Assembly: GCF_048593235.1 (NCBI RefSeq)
Contig: NC_133622.1
Location: forward strand, 251,538,055 to 251,602,054
Direction: 5' to 3'
Length of the DNA stretch: 64,000 nucleotides
Source of the DNA: Sminthopsis crassicaudata
Lineage: Eukaryota
Shown: positions 34,006 through 46,100 of the stretch, piece after piece
Position numbering within the stretch: the first letter of the stretch is position 1
Layout: each line of letters starts with the position of its first letter
Program-made: the position numbers and the translations under genes
The notes under the pieces: model-generated
Database searches by the model: none
Told to the model about the DNA's origin: nothing
Seen by the model: the letters and a program-made list of their open reading frames with translations, nothing else

Positions 34006-37000
34006 TTTATAAAAAGACAACTTTGTAGAATTAGAACATGGTTAGGAAGGCTATACTTAGCCTTCTTCCCCTCCCAGTGGGTAAGGAGCTACAGGACTCT
34101 TACTAAACTCATCCAATTGATTAGGTCAGTGAACAGTCTGGCCCCGATCAATTCAATGGGCATTTGCAAAGCCCTTACTACTTCTAGTATGTGCTGGGCG
34201 CTAAGGGAGGAGCTGAGAATACCTAGGTGTCCATAAAGCTGTGTACACCGGTTTGCATTCTAGCTGGTGCTTCCTACAGCATCTCCCATCCGCTGCTCTC
34301 CTCCATTTCTCCATCCTGCCCACAGGCCCCTGCCTCCCCCTACTTTTTCCAAGGGCATCTTCCCCCCTTTTCTTTCCAGTTCACTGTCTTCACTTCATCC
34401 ATTCACTGCCATCCCTCTGGGCAGGGCTGGCTTTCTTTTCATGTTTATAAGTCCCCCTGCACTTAGCAAAATCCATACAGTAAGTGCTTAATAAATGCTG
34501 ACTGACTGACTGACTACAGCACAAGGTCCTGAGCAGGGACTGGAAGGAGGGCAAAAGGGAGAGCCTGGGCTTCCAGGACTGAGCTTGCCCCAGCTGCAAC
34601 ATATGTCCTTCACTCATGGATACTTTGTGCCTTTGCTTGAGGCTTTGAGGCGAATCTGGGCCTCTGATGCAAAGTCACTTGGTCCCCGCCTGAGAGCTGG
34701 AAGGTGACATGGTGACATGGTGACATGGCGGGGCTATAGTGCAGAAAACCAAGTGTCACTCACTATGTGAGTTCAGCCTCAGGCCCTTCCTCAATGTGTG
34801 ACCTTGGAGAAAGCAGGTGACCTTTCTGAGCCTCAGTTTGCTTATCTATAAAATGGAAGTGTGGGAGAACTCCCAAGATTCCTGGCAGCTCTAATCTAGG
34901 ACTCCCGACTCCTGGACTTTAGGAACCTTAAGGAAGAAACCCTGGACTTTACACCTGAAAGCACAAAGGGTCACCTGGGAGTTTCAGAAGAGGCCGGACA
35001 CAAAGGCAGGGCACGGGTTTTATTTCTTTTCAACTGTGTGTTTTCTTCTTTGCCTTTCCCTTCATACCTACAAGGCACCCTGCCCTTGAAGGCCATCCAT
35101 CCAGAAACAGTAGCTAATGCGGGAATGTTCTGGTTCATTGTCCCTTAAATGTTTGGCATGCTCTTTGAGGGCAGGGACCCCAGTTTCCTTTCTCTGTGTG
35201 TCACCTCCCAGTGCCTGACATGGGCCGGGTGCACACACGGAACCTTGTGGGGATGGGCGCACAGGAGGCCCCCCTGGGGCCGGGTGCCCAGGAAGCCCCC
35301 AGAAAGGCCCCATGGAGCCAGGCACACAGGAGACACTGGGAGAGGCTTTGCTGGGGCCTTATGACCTGCAGAAAGTCAAGTCACGGGAGGAGTGGGAACA
35401 ATAGCAGAGAGAACAGAGGAGGCGGGAACACAGCAATGAGCTGGGAACAGAAGCTGGGGGAGGCAGAGAATGCGTGAGAGCAGCCTCTGTACCCAGTGTG
35501 GGGCTTGCCAAGTGGAGGGGCTCCGGGCCTCTGGAGCCAACTTCACACCCAGGATGGGAATGGGACACTGGGGCCACTCTCAGGACACTGGGGCCCCTCT
35601 TCCAGGGACTGGGGTGGGGCAGGCTTTGGGCTTTGGCTCTTACATAGAGTTTTCTCCATTTTTAAACCTGCAAACCCAAGGCTGGCCGGCTCTCGCCTCA
35701 CCCTCACTATGGCTCCACCCTGGATGGACCCTGAAAGGCCTGTGGGAGGCAGAGATTCTGCTTAGACATCAGCTGGGACCGCTAGTGATAGCTCCGGCTC
35801 CCAAGCCCAAAGCATCCATAGGCTTCCCTCCCCTGCAGGCCTCCTGGGATGCCTCCTTCCCCAAAGGGTAACCCCTAAAAATTATCATCAAATTACAATG
35901 AATCTCCTGGATTCTAAAAGATGCAATCCCATCAGGCTTTCCAGTCCTTCCCCTCCCCCCACCTGTTGCTGCTTCGGTCGCAGGCCTGACTGGCCAGCTC
36001 TAGAAAGCTTTTGTGGGTCTCCAGGCAGACTCGAGAGTGGCTGCTGCCTTTCCCGCCCAGAGCATTAGGGTCCAGCCATTAGAATGGGGGAGCCCCCAAG
36101 TCCCTTCTGCCTCTCCTTGCTCCCTCAGCTCAACGTCTTGCCCTTCCTGGGCCAGCTTGATTCTGACAGTCCCTCTTATCACCAGAGTCTTCCTTTGGGG
36201 ACATCTGAAGCATTATCCTGCCTGAGCATTGTGGGAAATGAAGTCCTAAAGGCATACCCACTAACTCTAGGTTATCCTACAGGAGCTCCTGATGGAAATG
36301 CCCAAAGCATTCTTCACTTTTACAGATGGGGAAACTGAGTCTCAGAGGGTTATCTCAGCCACATAGGGTCACACAGCCAGAATGAAGACCTAAGCTTTCA
36401 AGCTCCAAATCTTATGTTCCTCCTGCCACAGTTCATTGCCTCCCTGGCATCTTGGGAAATAATTTATGAAAATGGTGGTGTCCCGGGGCACATTCCCCAG
36501 GAGAACAGAAGAGAGCTCGGCATTATTCAATCAATCAATCAGCAAGTCTCGATAGTGTTTGCTTTGTTCTGGGCATCAGGCTTCATGCTCCAGTGTGTGG
36601 TCTGCGTCATAGGAGGGAGAGGTGGTTATCGAGGAAGTAGAGTCAGCAAGGGCTTCAGGTGGAAGGGCACGGGAGGATGGGTGCATTTGGGACAGGGAAG
36701 GTGGGAGCCATGGGAGGATGGGTGCATTTGGGACAGGGGAGGTGGGAGGAAGAAGACAGGAACAAAAATGAGATTGTCCTTCAATGTTTCCTTCCCTTCT
36801 CTGCTCTCAGGGACCCAAGGATAAGGAAGCCGTGCTCTCAGGGGCCCAAGGATGAGGGAGCCATGCTCTGGGGGCCCAAGGAGTTTACAGATTAGAGGCC
36901 ATAAGTCACACACAAAGAGAGACCTTACTGGACCAGGATCCTTAACTGGGGGTCTGTAGAGATTTCATTAAAAAATGACACTCTCTGCTTCTTGATTGAT

Positions 37001-38542
37001 TGTGTTTCCTTTGTGACTGTGTACATTATGCATTTTAAGAATCAGTGGGAGAAGAGGGGAGCTACAGCAGACTGCCTGGACACAAAAAAAGCCTGAGAAA
37101 GCTTGGATTTGCCCAGGGCTGGGAAAGAGCTCTGTGCTAGGATCAGCTGGCAGCTGGAGAGCAGGGAGCTTCCTCCTGGATCTGCTGTGTTTGCTGCTCC
37201 TGGCCTGTTTCTGCCTCCTCTCCTGGGTCCCCAAGGGTTTCAGCTTAATTACTTCGCTATTTGCCCTCTGGTTCAGCTGTGGGAAGGGGGCGGCCTGCCT
37301 GATCTTTCCTAGAAGTCATATTCTCCCCAGATTCACTTTCTCTGGAGCTAGGGGAAGGGGCAGAGTGAGGGAGCAATGGGTGCCCTGCAAAGGAGTGAAT
37401 CCATCTCCAGAGAGATGCTGGCCCCTGCTCCGGCCACACTTGCGGGGCCTCCTGGGGTCAAGGGTGTGTTGGAAACTGAAGGCCATGGAGGCCATCCAAC
37501 AGGTTGCTCAAGGGCCCAGCTAGTGGGTCTTCTCCCCCCGGGACTGCAAGCTCCAGGGACTCTCAGACCACCAGGGAGAATGGGGCCACATGAGGAGAGG
37601 TGGGCAGAGCCTGGAATCGTGTCAAGGATCTGAAAGGCTGGCCTGTGATGGGGGGGTTGCCTTGCTTCTGCTTGCTCCCTAGAACCAGAACTGAGCCCGT
37701 GGCCCCAGGGCCCGGGAAGGAAGCTGCTTTTCCGGGTGATGCTCAGATCTAGAGGACCCCCAGAACTCACCTTCTGCTCTCCCATTCTGTGATTCTCTGT
37801 GACCTTAGCTTAGGAATACGTGACGCAACAAGGGGAGCTTGAGCCGACTGTGTTTGTGTCCAATGGTGCTGGGGACCTGCTTCGACCTTTGCCCTTCTCC
37901 AGCCTGGGACAAAAAAGGATTGCCATTGGGAATTCACTAAAGTGCTTCTTAACTCTACTGCGCAAATGTTTGCAGAGCACAGCCTGTGAGAGAACCGGTC
38001 CTGGTTCTGCGGCCCAAAGACCTGCAGTACCCTCCTAGCCGTGTGAACTTAGGCCGTTCACTTGACCTCCTGTTTCCATCTGTAAAATGGGGATAACAAT
38101 AACTGCACCTCGTCCAGAGTGGTTGTGAGACTGGAAAAAATAGAACATTTTGGAAACCTTAAAACTCTACAAAAGTGCTAGTATTGTTATTTAATAAACA
38201 GCACTAAGTGAAAGAGTGGAAAAGCATTTATTAAACACCTACTGTGTGCCGAGCACTGAGTTAAGTGTTGAGGATCCAAACAGAAAAGCAAGAAAGGGAC
38301 CACCCTCATATAATAACTCTTCTAGGGAGGATGGCCAAGGAGGGGGCTTCTGGTCTGAGAGGTTGCAGAGATGGTGAGTTACAGTACCAGGACTGGGGAG
38401 GACCCCCCCCCCCGTTTTCTCCCCCCCAGATTCCACCCCCTTCTTCCTCCTCCTCACTTTGCCTCTTACTTCTATACCTTCAACCAATCACAGCAGAGCT
38501 CTGGGCCTCGCTTTTCCCTTTCTGTAAAATGGGTGAAGTGGA

Positions 38543-38553
38543 CACACACATAG

Positions 38554-38609
<56 letters not shown>

Positions 38610-38614
38610 ACACA
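38543..38614. repeat. Interrupted (CA)n microsatellite upstream of PELI3
   Basis: Direct. Confidence 0.95.
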
Positions 38615-38679
38615 CCAAGGTTGTAAACAAGGAGTCTGGGGAAGGCTGGCTCCTAGATTCAGGGAAAGATGGGGTGGGG

Positions 38680-39750
38680 AGGAAGGAGGAGGGGTTTCTC
38701 CGTGGGGGCGGGGCTCCGAGGGAAGGAGGCGGGGCCTCGCCCGAAGTGCGAAGTTTCGCCGCAGCAGGCGGAGCTCGGGAGGCGGGGCTCCGGGCCCGGA
38801 GGGAGGGGCCTATGAAGGGGCGGGGCCTCCGGTGGTGCGCATCCCCCTCCCCTTCCTTGTCCTTCTCGCCCTCCCCCCAACTCCGGGTGTCCCCGTGACG
38901 AGGCAGCGCCGAGGTGCCGCCGGGCCGGCCCAGCCCAGCTCGGCCCGGAGCAGCCCAGCCCGGCGCAGCGCTGCGGTCCTGCCTGCGGCCAGGAGCGCCC
39001 CGGGGCTAGGTAAGGGGCAAACCCGGGGCGGCCAGAAGGGTGGGCGGGGCTGGCGGGCCGCAGGGGGGGCGGGGGAGGGAGGGGGCGGCGGGGGGCGGCG
39101 GGCTCCCGCGGGGAGCTGCGTAGCTGCGCGGCTCTCCCGCGGCCGTCCCCGCTCGGCTCCCGCCTCCCCCGCCAGTCTCGGGGTGCGCGGCTCGGGCCGC
39201 CCCCCCTCCCTCCCGCGCGCGTCCCCTGCGTGGCCGTGTTTCCCAAACAGGTTCCCTGCAGGAGGGCGAGTCTGCTGCAGCCTCAGCTCAGGGCGCACCG
39301 GGAGGGTCAGAGGAGGAGAGATGAGGGTAAGAGCGGCCCCCAGCCCGCCCGGACGCCCCCGCGCACGGGGGCACCTGGGCAGGGGACCCCGGGCCGGGCT
39401 CTGGAGGGCGGGAGGCCCGTGGAGGGGAGGCGGGAGGGAGCCGCCAGCCAGAGGCAGAGATAAATGAGGGGAGACGGAGGGAGAGACAGAGAGACACAGA
39501 GAGACGGGGAGAAAGGGGCAGAGATAGGGAGAAATGGGGAGAGACAGGGAGACACAGGGAGAGATAGGGGGAGAGGGGAGGAGGCAGAGAGATGGGAGCA
39601 CGGAGGAGTCCTGCAAGGCCGGGGGCAGACGCTATTCCCCAAGTGCTTTGGCCAGGAGAAGGCCGAGGGCCGCTGGGGGGGGCCCAGATCGTCCCCCGCG
39701 AGGCCCCCGTCCCCAGCCAGGCCAGGCCACATGTAGCCCCACAGCTGCAC
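38680..39750. promoter_or_regulatory. PELI3 CpG-island promoter
   Basis: Very high GC and CpG density, GGGGCGGGG boxes, upstream of first coding exon. Confidence 0.8.
38860..39009 (+). other. PELI3: Probable non-coding first exon of PELI3 (start approximate)
   Basis: CpG island with GC boxes upstream; strong donor ctag|gtaagg at 39009/39010; next exon's acceptor lies 1 nt before the ATG. Confidence 0.7.
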
Positions 39751-39957
39751 TCCCTCTGTCCAGGCATCCCCTTCCCTCTCTCCCCCTCCCCCATTACCAT
39801 GGTAACTAGGCAGCTGGGGGAGGCAAAGGCGGCAGTGTTGTCATGGTGATGGGGGAGGTGAAAGGGCCCCCTTTCAGAAGGGGGAGGCCGGGGGCCGGGC
39901 CCCAGATGGTGGCCAACCGTCTGAGCAGCTTTCTCTCCTCCTTGGATCTGTGGTAGG

Positions 39958-40112
39958 ATGGTGTTGGAAGGCAGCACTGACGTGGGGACCCCAGGCTCCC
40001 TGGGCCTCCGGCAGACCAGCGTCAAAGCCCCCCGAATCCTTCCCGCTCCTCCTTCGGACACTTTACTGCTGGGCAAGGAGCCTGTCAAATATGGGGAACT
40101 CATCGTGCTGGG
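39958..40112 (+). CDS. PELI3: PELI3 first coding exon
   Basis: tggtag|gATG; MVLEGSTDVG...KYGELIVLG |gtgagg; 155 nt coding. Confidence 0.93.
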
Positions 40113-43100
40113 GTGAGGGCCCGGAGCTAGAGGCCTGGGATGGGGAGTGGGAGATGAGGGGTCGGTACCCACAAAGACCCCGGGGGCCCCATGGAGAACA
40201 GGAACTTTCTACCCTTCCTCAGGCTGAGGCTAAGAACTTACTTTAGAAAACGTTCAAGGCAGGAAAGGAATTCGGTTCATCCCATTCACTTTACAGAAGG
40301 GTAAACTGAGGCCCAAAGAGAGGGAGTGATGCTCAAGCTCATGTACTCCACGGGTGGCAGAGCAAAGTCTAGAACCCATGCCTCCTGGCTCCTGGTTCCT
40401 TCCTCTCTCCCATGCTGCTGCTTTTTTGGTTGAGTTCTGGAACCTCCTGACCCCTGTTTGGGGGCCAGTTTCAGAGAACAATGGGAAATGATCGGGCGGG
40501 AGGGGGGGCTCTGAGGGAGAAGGTCCACCTTGATGGGTGAGCAGGGAAGGATCTCGAGGGGGGAAGTGTTGGAGTCGGGCCACCAAGGAGGGATGGGAGG
40601 GCCTCTCCTACCAAGGGACCAGCTTGGGTCAAAGGCAAGGGCGGGACAGAGCAGAGGCTCCGAGTGCCCAGAGGGATTTGGGAGGAAGTGATGCTTGAAG
40701 GGAAGAATGAATCAAATGGCAAAGGATCTTAGAACCCAGAAGTCGACTTTAGTCACTAGGCAATGGGGAGCCACAGAAGACTTGAGCAGAGACATACCAG
40801 GTCTGTGAGGACTGGTTGGTGCCCACGTTCTCACTATGCTAGACTCGAGTTGCGGCGTGTGTGACTGTGGCCGATCAGACCACATGAGCTCCGAGTGCCC
40901 GCCACGGGTCAGACACAGATACGGATAAGGAAGATTATTCTGGTAGTGGGCTGAAGGATGGAAAGGCCGGGGGGAGGGGTGCTGGCCAGGAGGCCATCAC
41001 AGGAGTCCAGGAGGGAGGCAAAGCGAGGCTGAGCTGGAGAAGAGGCCGTGGGAAGAAAGTGGAGGCCACCGGTGAAGGATTTTGTGGAGGTGAGAATGGT
41101 AGGACCTGTAGCTGACTGGGGAGGGTGAGGGTAGGGGAAGACAGCTGAGAGGGAAAGCAATGGGTGCTGGCGCCCCAGGCGGAAGTCGGCCCTCGAGACA
41201 AGCAGAGGAGGGGGAACAGGCCGAGTCTCTTCCTAGCTTCTCCTCCTGCTGCCTCCACAGCTCACTGAGGGCCTTCCCAGTGCGGGAGTTAAACCAGCGG
41301 GCTAGCCCAGGCTCACTCTGCCTTTGTCTCCCCACAGCTACAACGGGTCCCTGGCCAGCGGAGACAAGGGTCGCCGTCGCAGCCGCCTGGCGCTGAGCCG
41401 CAGGCCCCAGGCCAACGGGGTGAAGCCCGACGTGGTCCACCACATCTCCACCCCCCTCGTGTCCAAAGTAAGGCTCGGCCTCCTCTCCTTGGCCCCTCGC
41501 CCTGCTCTTCTCTCCCCAGAGGTCCTGCCCCCTCGCTAGGGAAGCTGGAGGGACTGGCTGGGCCCGGGGCAGTGACCAGGGCTTCTCATCCCCAGGCGCT
41601 GAGTAACCGGGGCCAGCACAGCATCTCCTACACGCTGTCCCGGAGCCACTCGGTCATCGTGGAGTATACCCACGACAATGACACAGACATGTTNNNNNNN
41701 NNNNNNNNNNNNNNNNNNNNNNNNNNNNNNNNNNNNNNNNNNNNNNNNNNNNNNNNNNNNNNNNNNNNNNNNNNNNNNNNNNNNNNNNNNNNNNNNNNNN
41801 NNNNNNNNNNNNNNNNNNNNNNNNNNNNNNNNNNNNNNNNNNNNNNNNNNNNNNNNNNNNNNNNNNNNNNNNNNNNNNNNNNNNNNNNNNNNNNNNNNNN
41901 NNNNNNNNNNNNNNNNNNNNNNNNNNNNNNNNNNNNNNNNNNNNNNNNNNNNNNNNNNNNNNNNNNNNNNNNNNNNNNNNNNNNNNNNNNNNNNNNNNNN
42001 NNNNNNNNNNNNNNNNNNNNNNNNNNNNNNNNNNNNNNNNNNNNNNNNNNNNNNNTCCCTCCACCCTTTACTTACTTCCTTCTTCCCTCCATCCCTTTCT
42101 TCTTTTCTTNNNNNNNNNNNNNNNNNNNNNNNNNNNNNNNNNNNNNNNNNNNNNNNNNNNNNNNNNNNNNNNNNNNNNNNNNNNNNNNNNNNNNNNNNNN
42201 NNNNNNNNNNNNNNNNNNNNNNNNNNNNNNNNNNNNNNNNNTAGAGAAGACACAACTCTTGCTTTCCTGAAGTTGACGATTTCATAAAGAACAGTAGGGG
42301 AGGGGCAGCTAGGTATCACAGTGAATAGAGCACCAGCCTTGAATTCAGGAGGATGCAAGTTCAAATCTGGTCTCAGATACTTAACACTTCCTAGCTGTGT
42401 GACCCTGGGCAAGTCACTTAACCCCAGCCTCAGGAAAAAAAAAAAAAGAATGGTAGGGGTTAAGACCAATGCTCAGCAGGTCCAGGTGTGGGATGATGGG
42501 AGTAACTTAGGAGGACTTAGTCATGAGTGTGTCTGAAGCAACAAGTCTTTATCCAGGGCTGATTCTCCTCAGTCTAGTGCTAAATGTTATGGGAGAGATA
42601 AACAATTTAAATTCAGTTCACATTCAGAAGCTGCCCTGTGCTAAGCACTAGGGAGGGTGAAAGCGGTCCTGCCCTCCCTGGGTTTTGAGTCTAATCAGGC
42701 CGGAAGTTGTGAAGAAGAGCACACCAGCCGAGGAGAGTAGGGAGGACTTCCTGGAGGAGGACTTTGAGAGACAGCCAGCTGGTGGCTTAGTTGGAGCTCT
42801 ATACTTCAAAGCAAGAAAACCTGAATTCAAATCTTGCCTCAGACACTTACGTGGGCTAGTCACTTAGCCTCTGCTTCCTCATTTGTAAAATGGGATCATA
42901 ATTGTACCCATCCCACGGGGGGGGGGGGGGGTTCTTGTGAGGCTCAAATGAAATAACACAAGTCAAGTACTTCACAAATGTTAGATTATGAAGGAAGGGA
43001 GTAGGAGGAGAATCTTTCTGTTGTCAAGGGAGTCGACTGCTTCCCTAAGTATCACTTTCTTTCTCTGAGCCTCGATTTTTGTATCTGTCATATGGGGATA

Positions 43101-46100
43101 ATAACAATCTCGCTGCCTCTCTCCTAGGGTTGGTTGGAGGAAAGCACTCCATAAATCATACCTCATTTGAAAAAGAGGAGTCATTCTAGGCAGAGTAGTT
43201 AGTGGAAAGGAAAAGAGCCTGGGAGTCAACACATGGGTCCAAAAGCTTGACTTTGTCACAAAAGATGAAACAAATGATTTCTATAAAATTAAAAAGCTTT
43301 TGCATAAATAAAATCAATGCAACTAGTAAAAGACAGGAAGCAGTTGGACTGGGAAAAAGTCTTTTCCTCCAATATCTCTGGGAAAGGTTTGATACAAGGG
43401 CTATAAAAAACCAAGAGCTATTCCTCAGTAGCTGAGTAATCCAAGGCGGTAAGCCAACAGCCCTGGAGTCCAAGCCCTACTTCTCACTACTTGTGTGACT
43501 TTGGGTAAGAAGCTTTAGCTTCCTGGGCCTGATTTCCTCAATGAGGGGAAATCCTAGCCCTAAAACTCTGACCCTCCAATATAGCTCCAAGTCCCCGTGA
43601 CCTTGGGTCCCCTCCATCCCTCTTTAGAGGAACCCTGCCACATCCTGGTGGGGAGAAAATTGCTGAATGGCTCCCGGTAGAAGGTGGGAGATCCTGAGGG
43701 AGAAGGGAGGCAATGCTGGACTTGGAGAGGAGGGACCTGGCTGGTCCTCTGGGCCCCGGTCTTGGTCCTGTCTTCCCTCCCTGTTGGGAGGAAAGACTTT
43801 CGAATCCTTCCCATCGAGTAGAAGTGGGTACTGGACTGGGTCAGTGTTGTTGGTCTGTGAGCCTCCTCCATAGTCACCGATGTTCTCTATCCCCCCCCCC
43901 ACCTGCTTCCCTGGTGGACGGGGCGGGGGGGAGTGGGGACTCACAGATCGGCCGCTCTACGGAGAACATGATCGACTTTGTGGTCACTGACACGACCCCG
44001 GGGGGAGTAGCCGGGGAGGGCCCCGCTGCCCAGAGCACCATCTCAAGGTATGCCTGCCGGGTCATCTGTGAGCGCTGGCCCCCCTACACTGCACGGATCT
44101 ATGCCGCTGGATTTGATGCTTCCAGCAACATCTTCCTTGGAGTGAGTGAGTCCCACAGGGACGGACTCGGGGCTGGAGGGGGGGGTGATACGAGGGTTGG
44201 GGGACGGCCTTGGAGAATTATGGCACCCACAGAGCAGACAGGGGCAGGGCCTGCTTAGGCTTGGGGGGGATGTGGTTCCTGGGATCCAGACGGGACCAGT
44301 CGATTCCCCCTTGGAATCAATACATTTCAGGGACTTCCTATTACCTCGAGGGCCAAATACAGACTTCTTCCTGGCCTTCAACACCCATGAGATCCTGATG
44401 GAACCTTCCTTTCCTCCTAAATTCCCCTATTCACCCTCTAAGATTTCTTCACAGCACCCATAGCAGCCTATTTCTCACCTCTTTTTCTTTGTACGAATTG
44501 TCCCTCATGTTTAGCTAGTCCTCCCCCCTCCCCTCTGCCTTTTACCCAGAAGCCTTTTCTGATCCTCCTCCACCACCAGCACTTTGTTTTGCTTCTACCA
44601 ACATATATGTGCCCCCTCCATAAAACTTCCCTGAGTATCATCTCCATGAAAGTGGGGACTATTTCATTGATCACCAGAGTCTAGTGCTGGGCCTGGAACA
44701 TAGTAGGTGCTTAATAAAGTCAATGATCATTCAACAAACGGTAAGCTTCTACTGTATGCAGAACACTATGATAGATTTTGAGAGAAAGGGTTCACATGCA
44801 AATGTGAAATTGAGACAAGATATCCCTGCCCTTGGGAGTATGGAACTGAGGAGGGGGGGTCAAATGCAAATAAAGAAGTCATTTAGCCCTGGATAGAGCA
44901 CCAGCCTTAAATTCAAGAGGACCCAAGTTCAAATCTGGTCTCAGACACTTAATACTTCCTAGCTGTGTGACCCTGGGCAAGTCACTTTACCCCAGCCTCA
45001 AAAAAAAAAAAAAAAAAAAAAGAAAAAGAAAAAAAAGAAGTCATATAGCCAACATTTCATGCTCAGTGTACCAGGCAGGTACAGAGTGCTCTGTGAGTAG
45101 GAAGGGGGAGGTTGTTACTGACCAAATAGGGATCCCATCTTCCTTTGGGAGGAGGCCCTGAACAACAATGAGACTTCAGCAATTCAGTTTGACATTTATT
45201 ACATACCTACTGTGTGTAAAGTACTTACTGGGGTCTAGGAAGGCAGGAACAAAACCCCTGGCCTCAAGGGGAATATCACAAAGTCAGGAAATATATGATG
45301 GGGATGGCTATCATAATAGAGAGACGCAGTAGAGGAACTCTAGGTAAATTTGAGGAGGGGCCTTCCTCAAGGAAGGCTTCTTAGTGAAGCCTGAGCTCAA
45401 CCTGAAGGGAAAAAAGGATTACTAAAGGTAATCAGGACAATCAATCAATCCATAAACATTTATTAAACACTTACTGTATGCCAGGCCCTGTGCTAAGTGC
45501 TGAGGATGCAAAAAGTAGCAAAAGGCAGTCCCCTCACTCTAATGGGAGCAGGGGATCAGTCTGGAGCCTGGATTCATGAATCCCTGGCCCAAAAGGGAGG
45601 GAGAACGTTCCAGACAGGGACCAGGCTGCCCAGAATTGGCACCTCAGAGAGTGTGACTGCTTCTCCCCGGTACCAGGAGCGGGCAGCTAAGTGGCGGACT
45701 CCCGATGGGCTGATGGACGGCCTGACCACCAATGGTGTTCTGGTGATGCACCCTGCCGGCGGCTTCTCCGAGGGCTCCATGCCTGGTGTCTGGAGGGAAA
45801 TCTCTGTTTGCGGAAACGTGTATACTCTGCGGGATAGCCGCTCTGCCCAGCAGCGGGGGAAGCTGGTAGGGGTCTGCACCCTCTCTCCTGCAGCTGGGGA
45901 TGGGTTCGGTCACCCTGGGCCCCCTAGGGACTCCTGGGACTTCAGGGACTTCAGGGATGGCTGCCCTCTGACCCTTGTGTCCATCCAGAATCTCAGTCCA
46001 TGGCAGGCAGGAGACAGCTCCGCGCGGGTTGGGGGCAGAGGAGCAAGGAGGCAGTCTTTATGAGAAATCTCTTTCCTAAGTCAGAAAGCCAGGCTCAGAA

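Noticed and set aside
36671-36748. 41-bp two-copy duplication (also a ~70-bp duplication at 60225-60345 and an 8-bp x3 repeat at ~34703)
   Set aside because: Ordinary small slippage duplications with no functional signal.
38265-39616. Long ORFs on both strands (400, 268, 195 aa) over the PELI3 promoter
   Set aside because: G/R/P/A-rich products typical of stop-poor CpG islands; they run through a (CA)n repeat and have no recognisable domain.
44073-44078. PELI3 ERWPP versus recalled human DRRPP (possible CGG>TGG change)
   Set aside because: This position varies among Pellino paralogs; a single CpG transition is not evidence of altered function.
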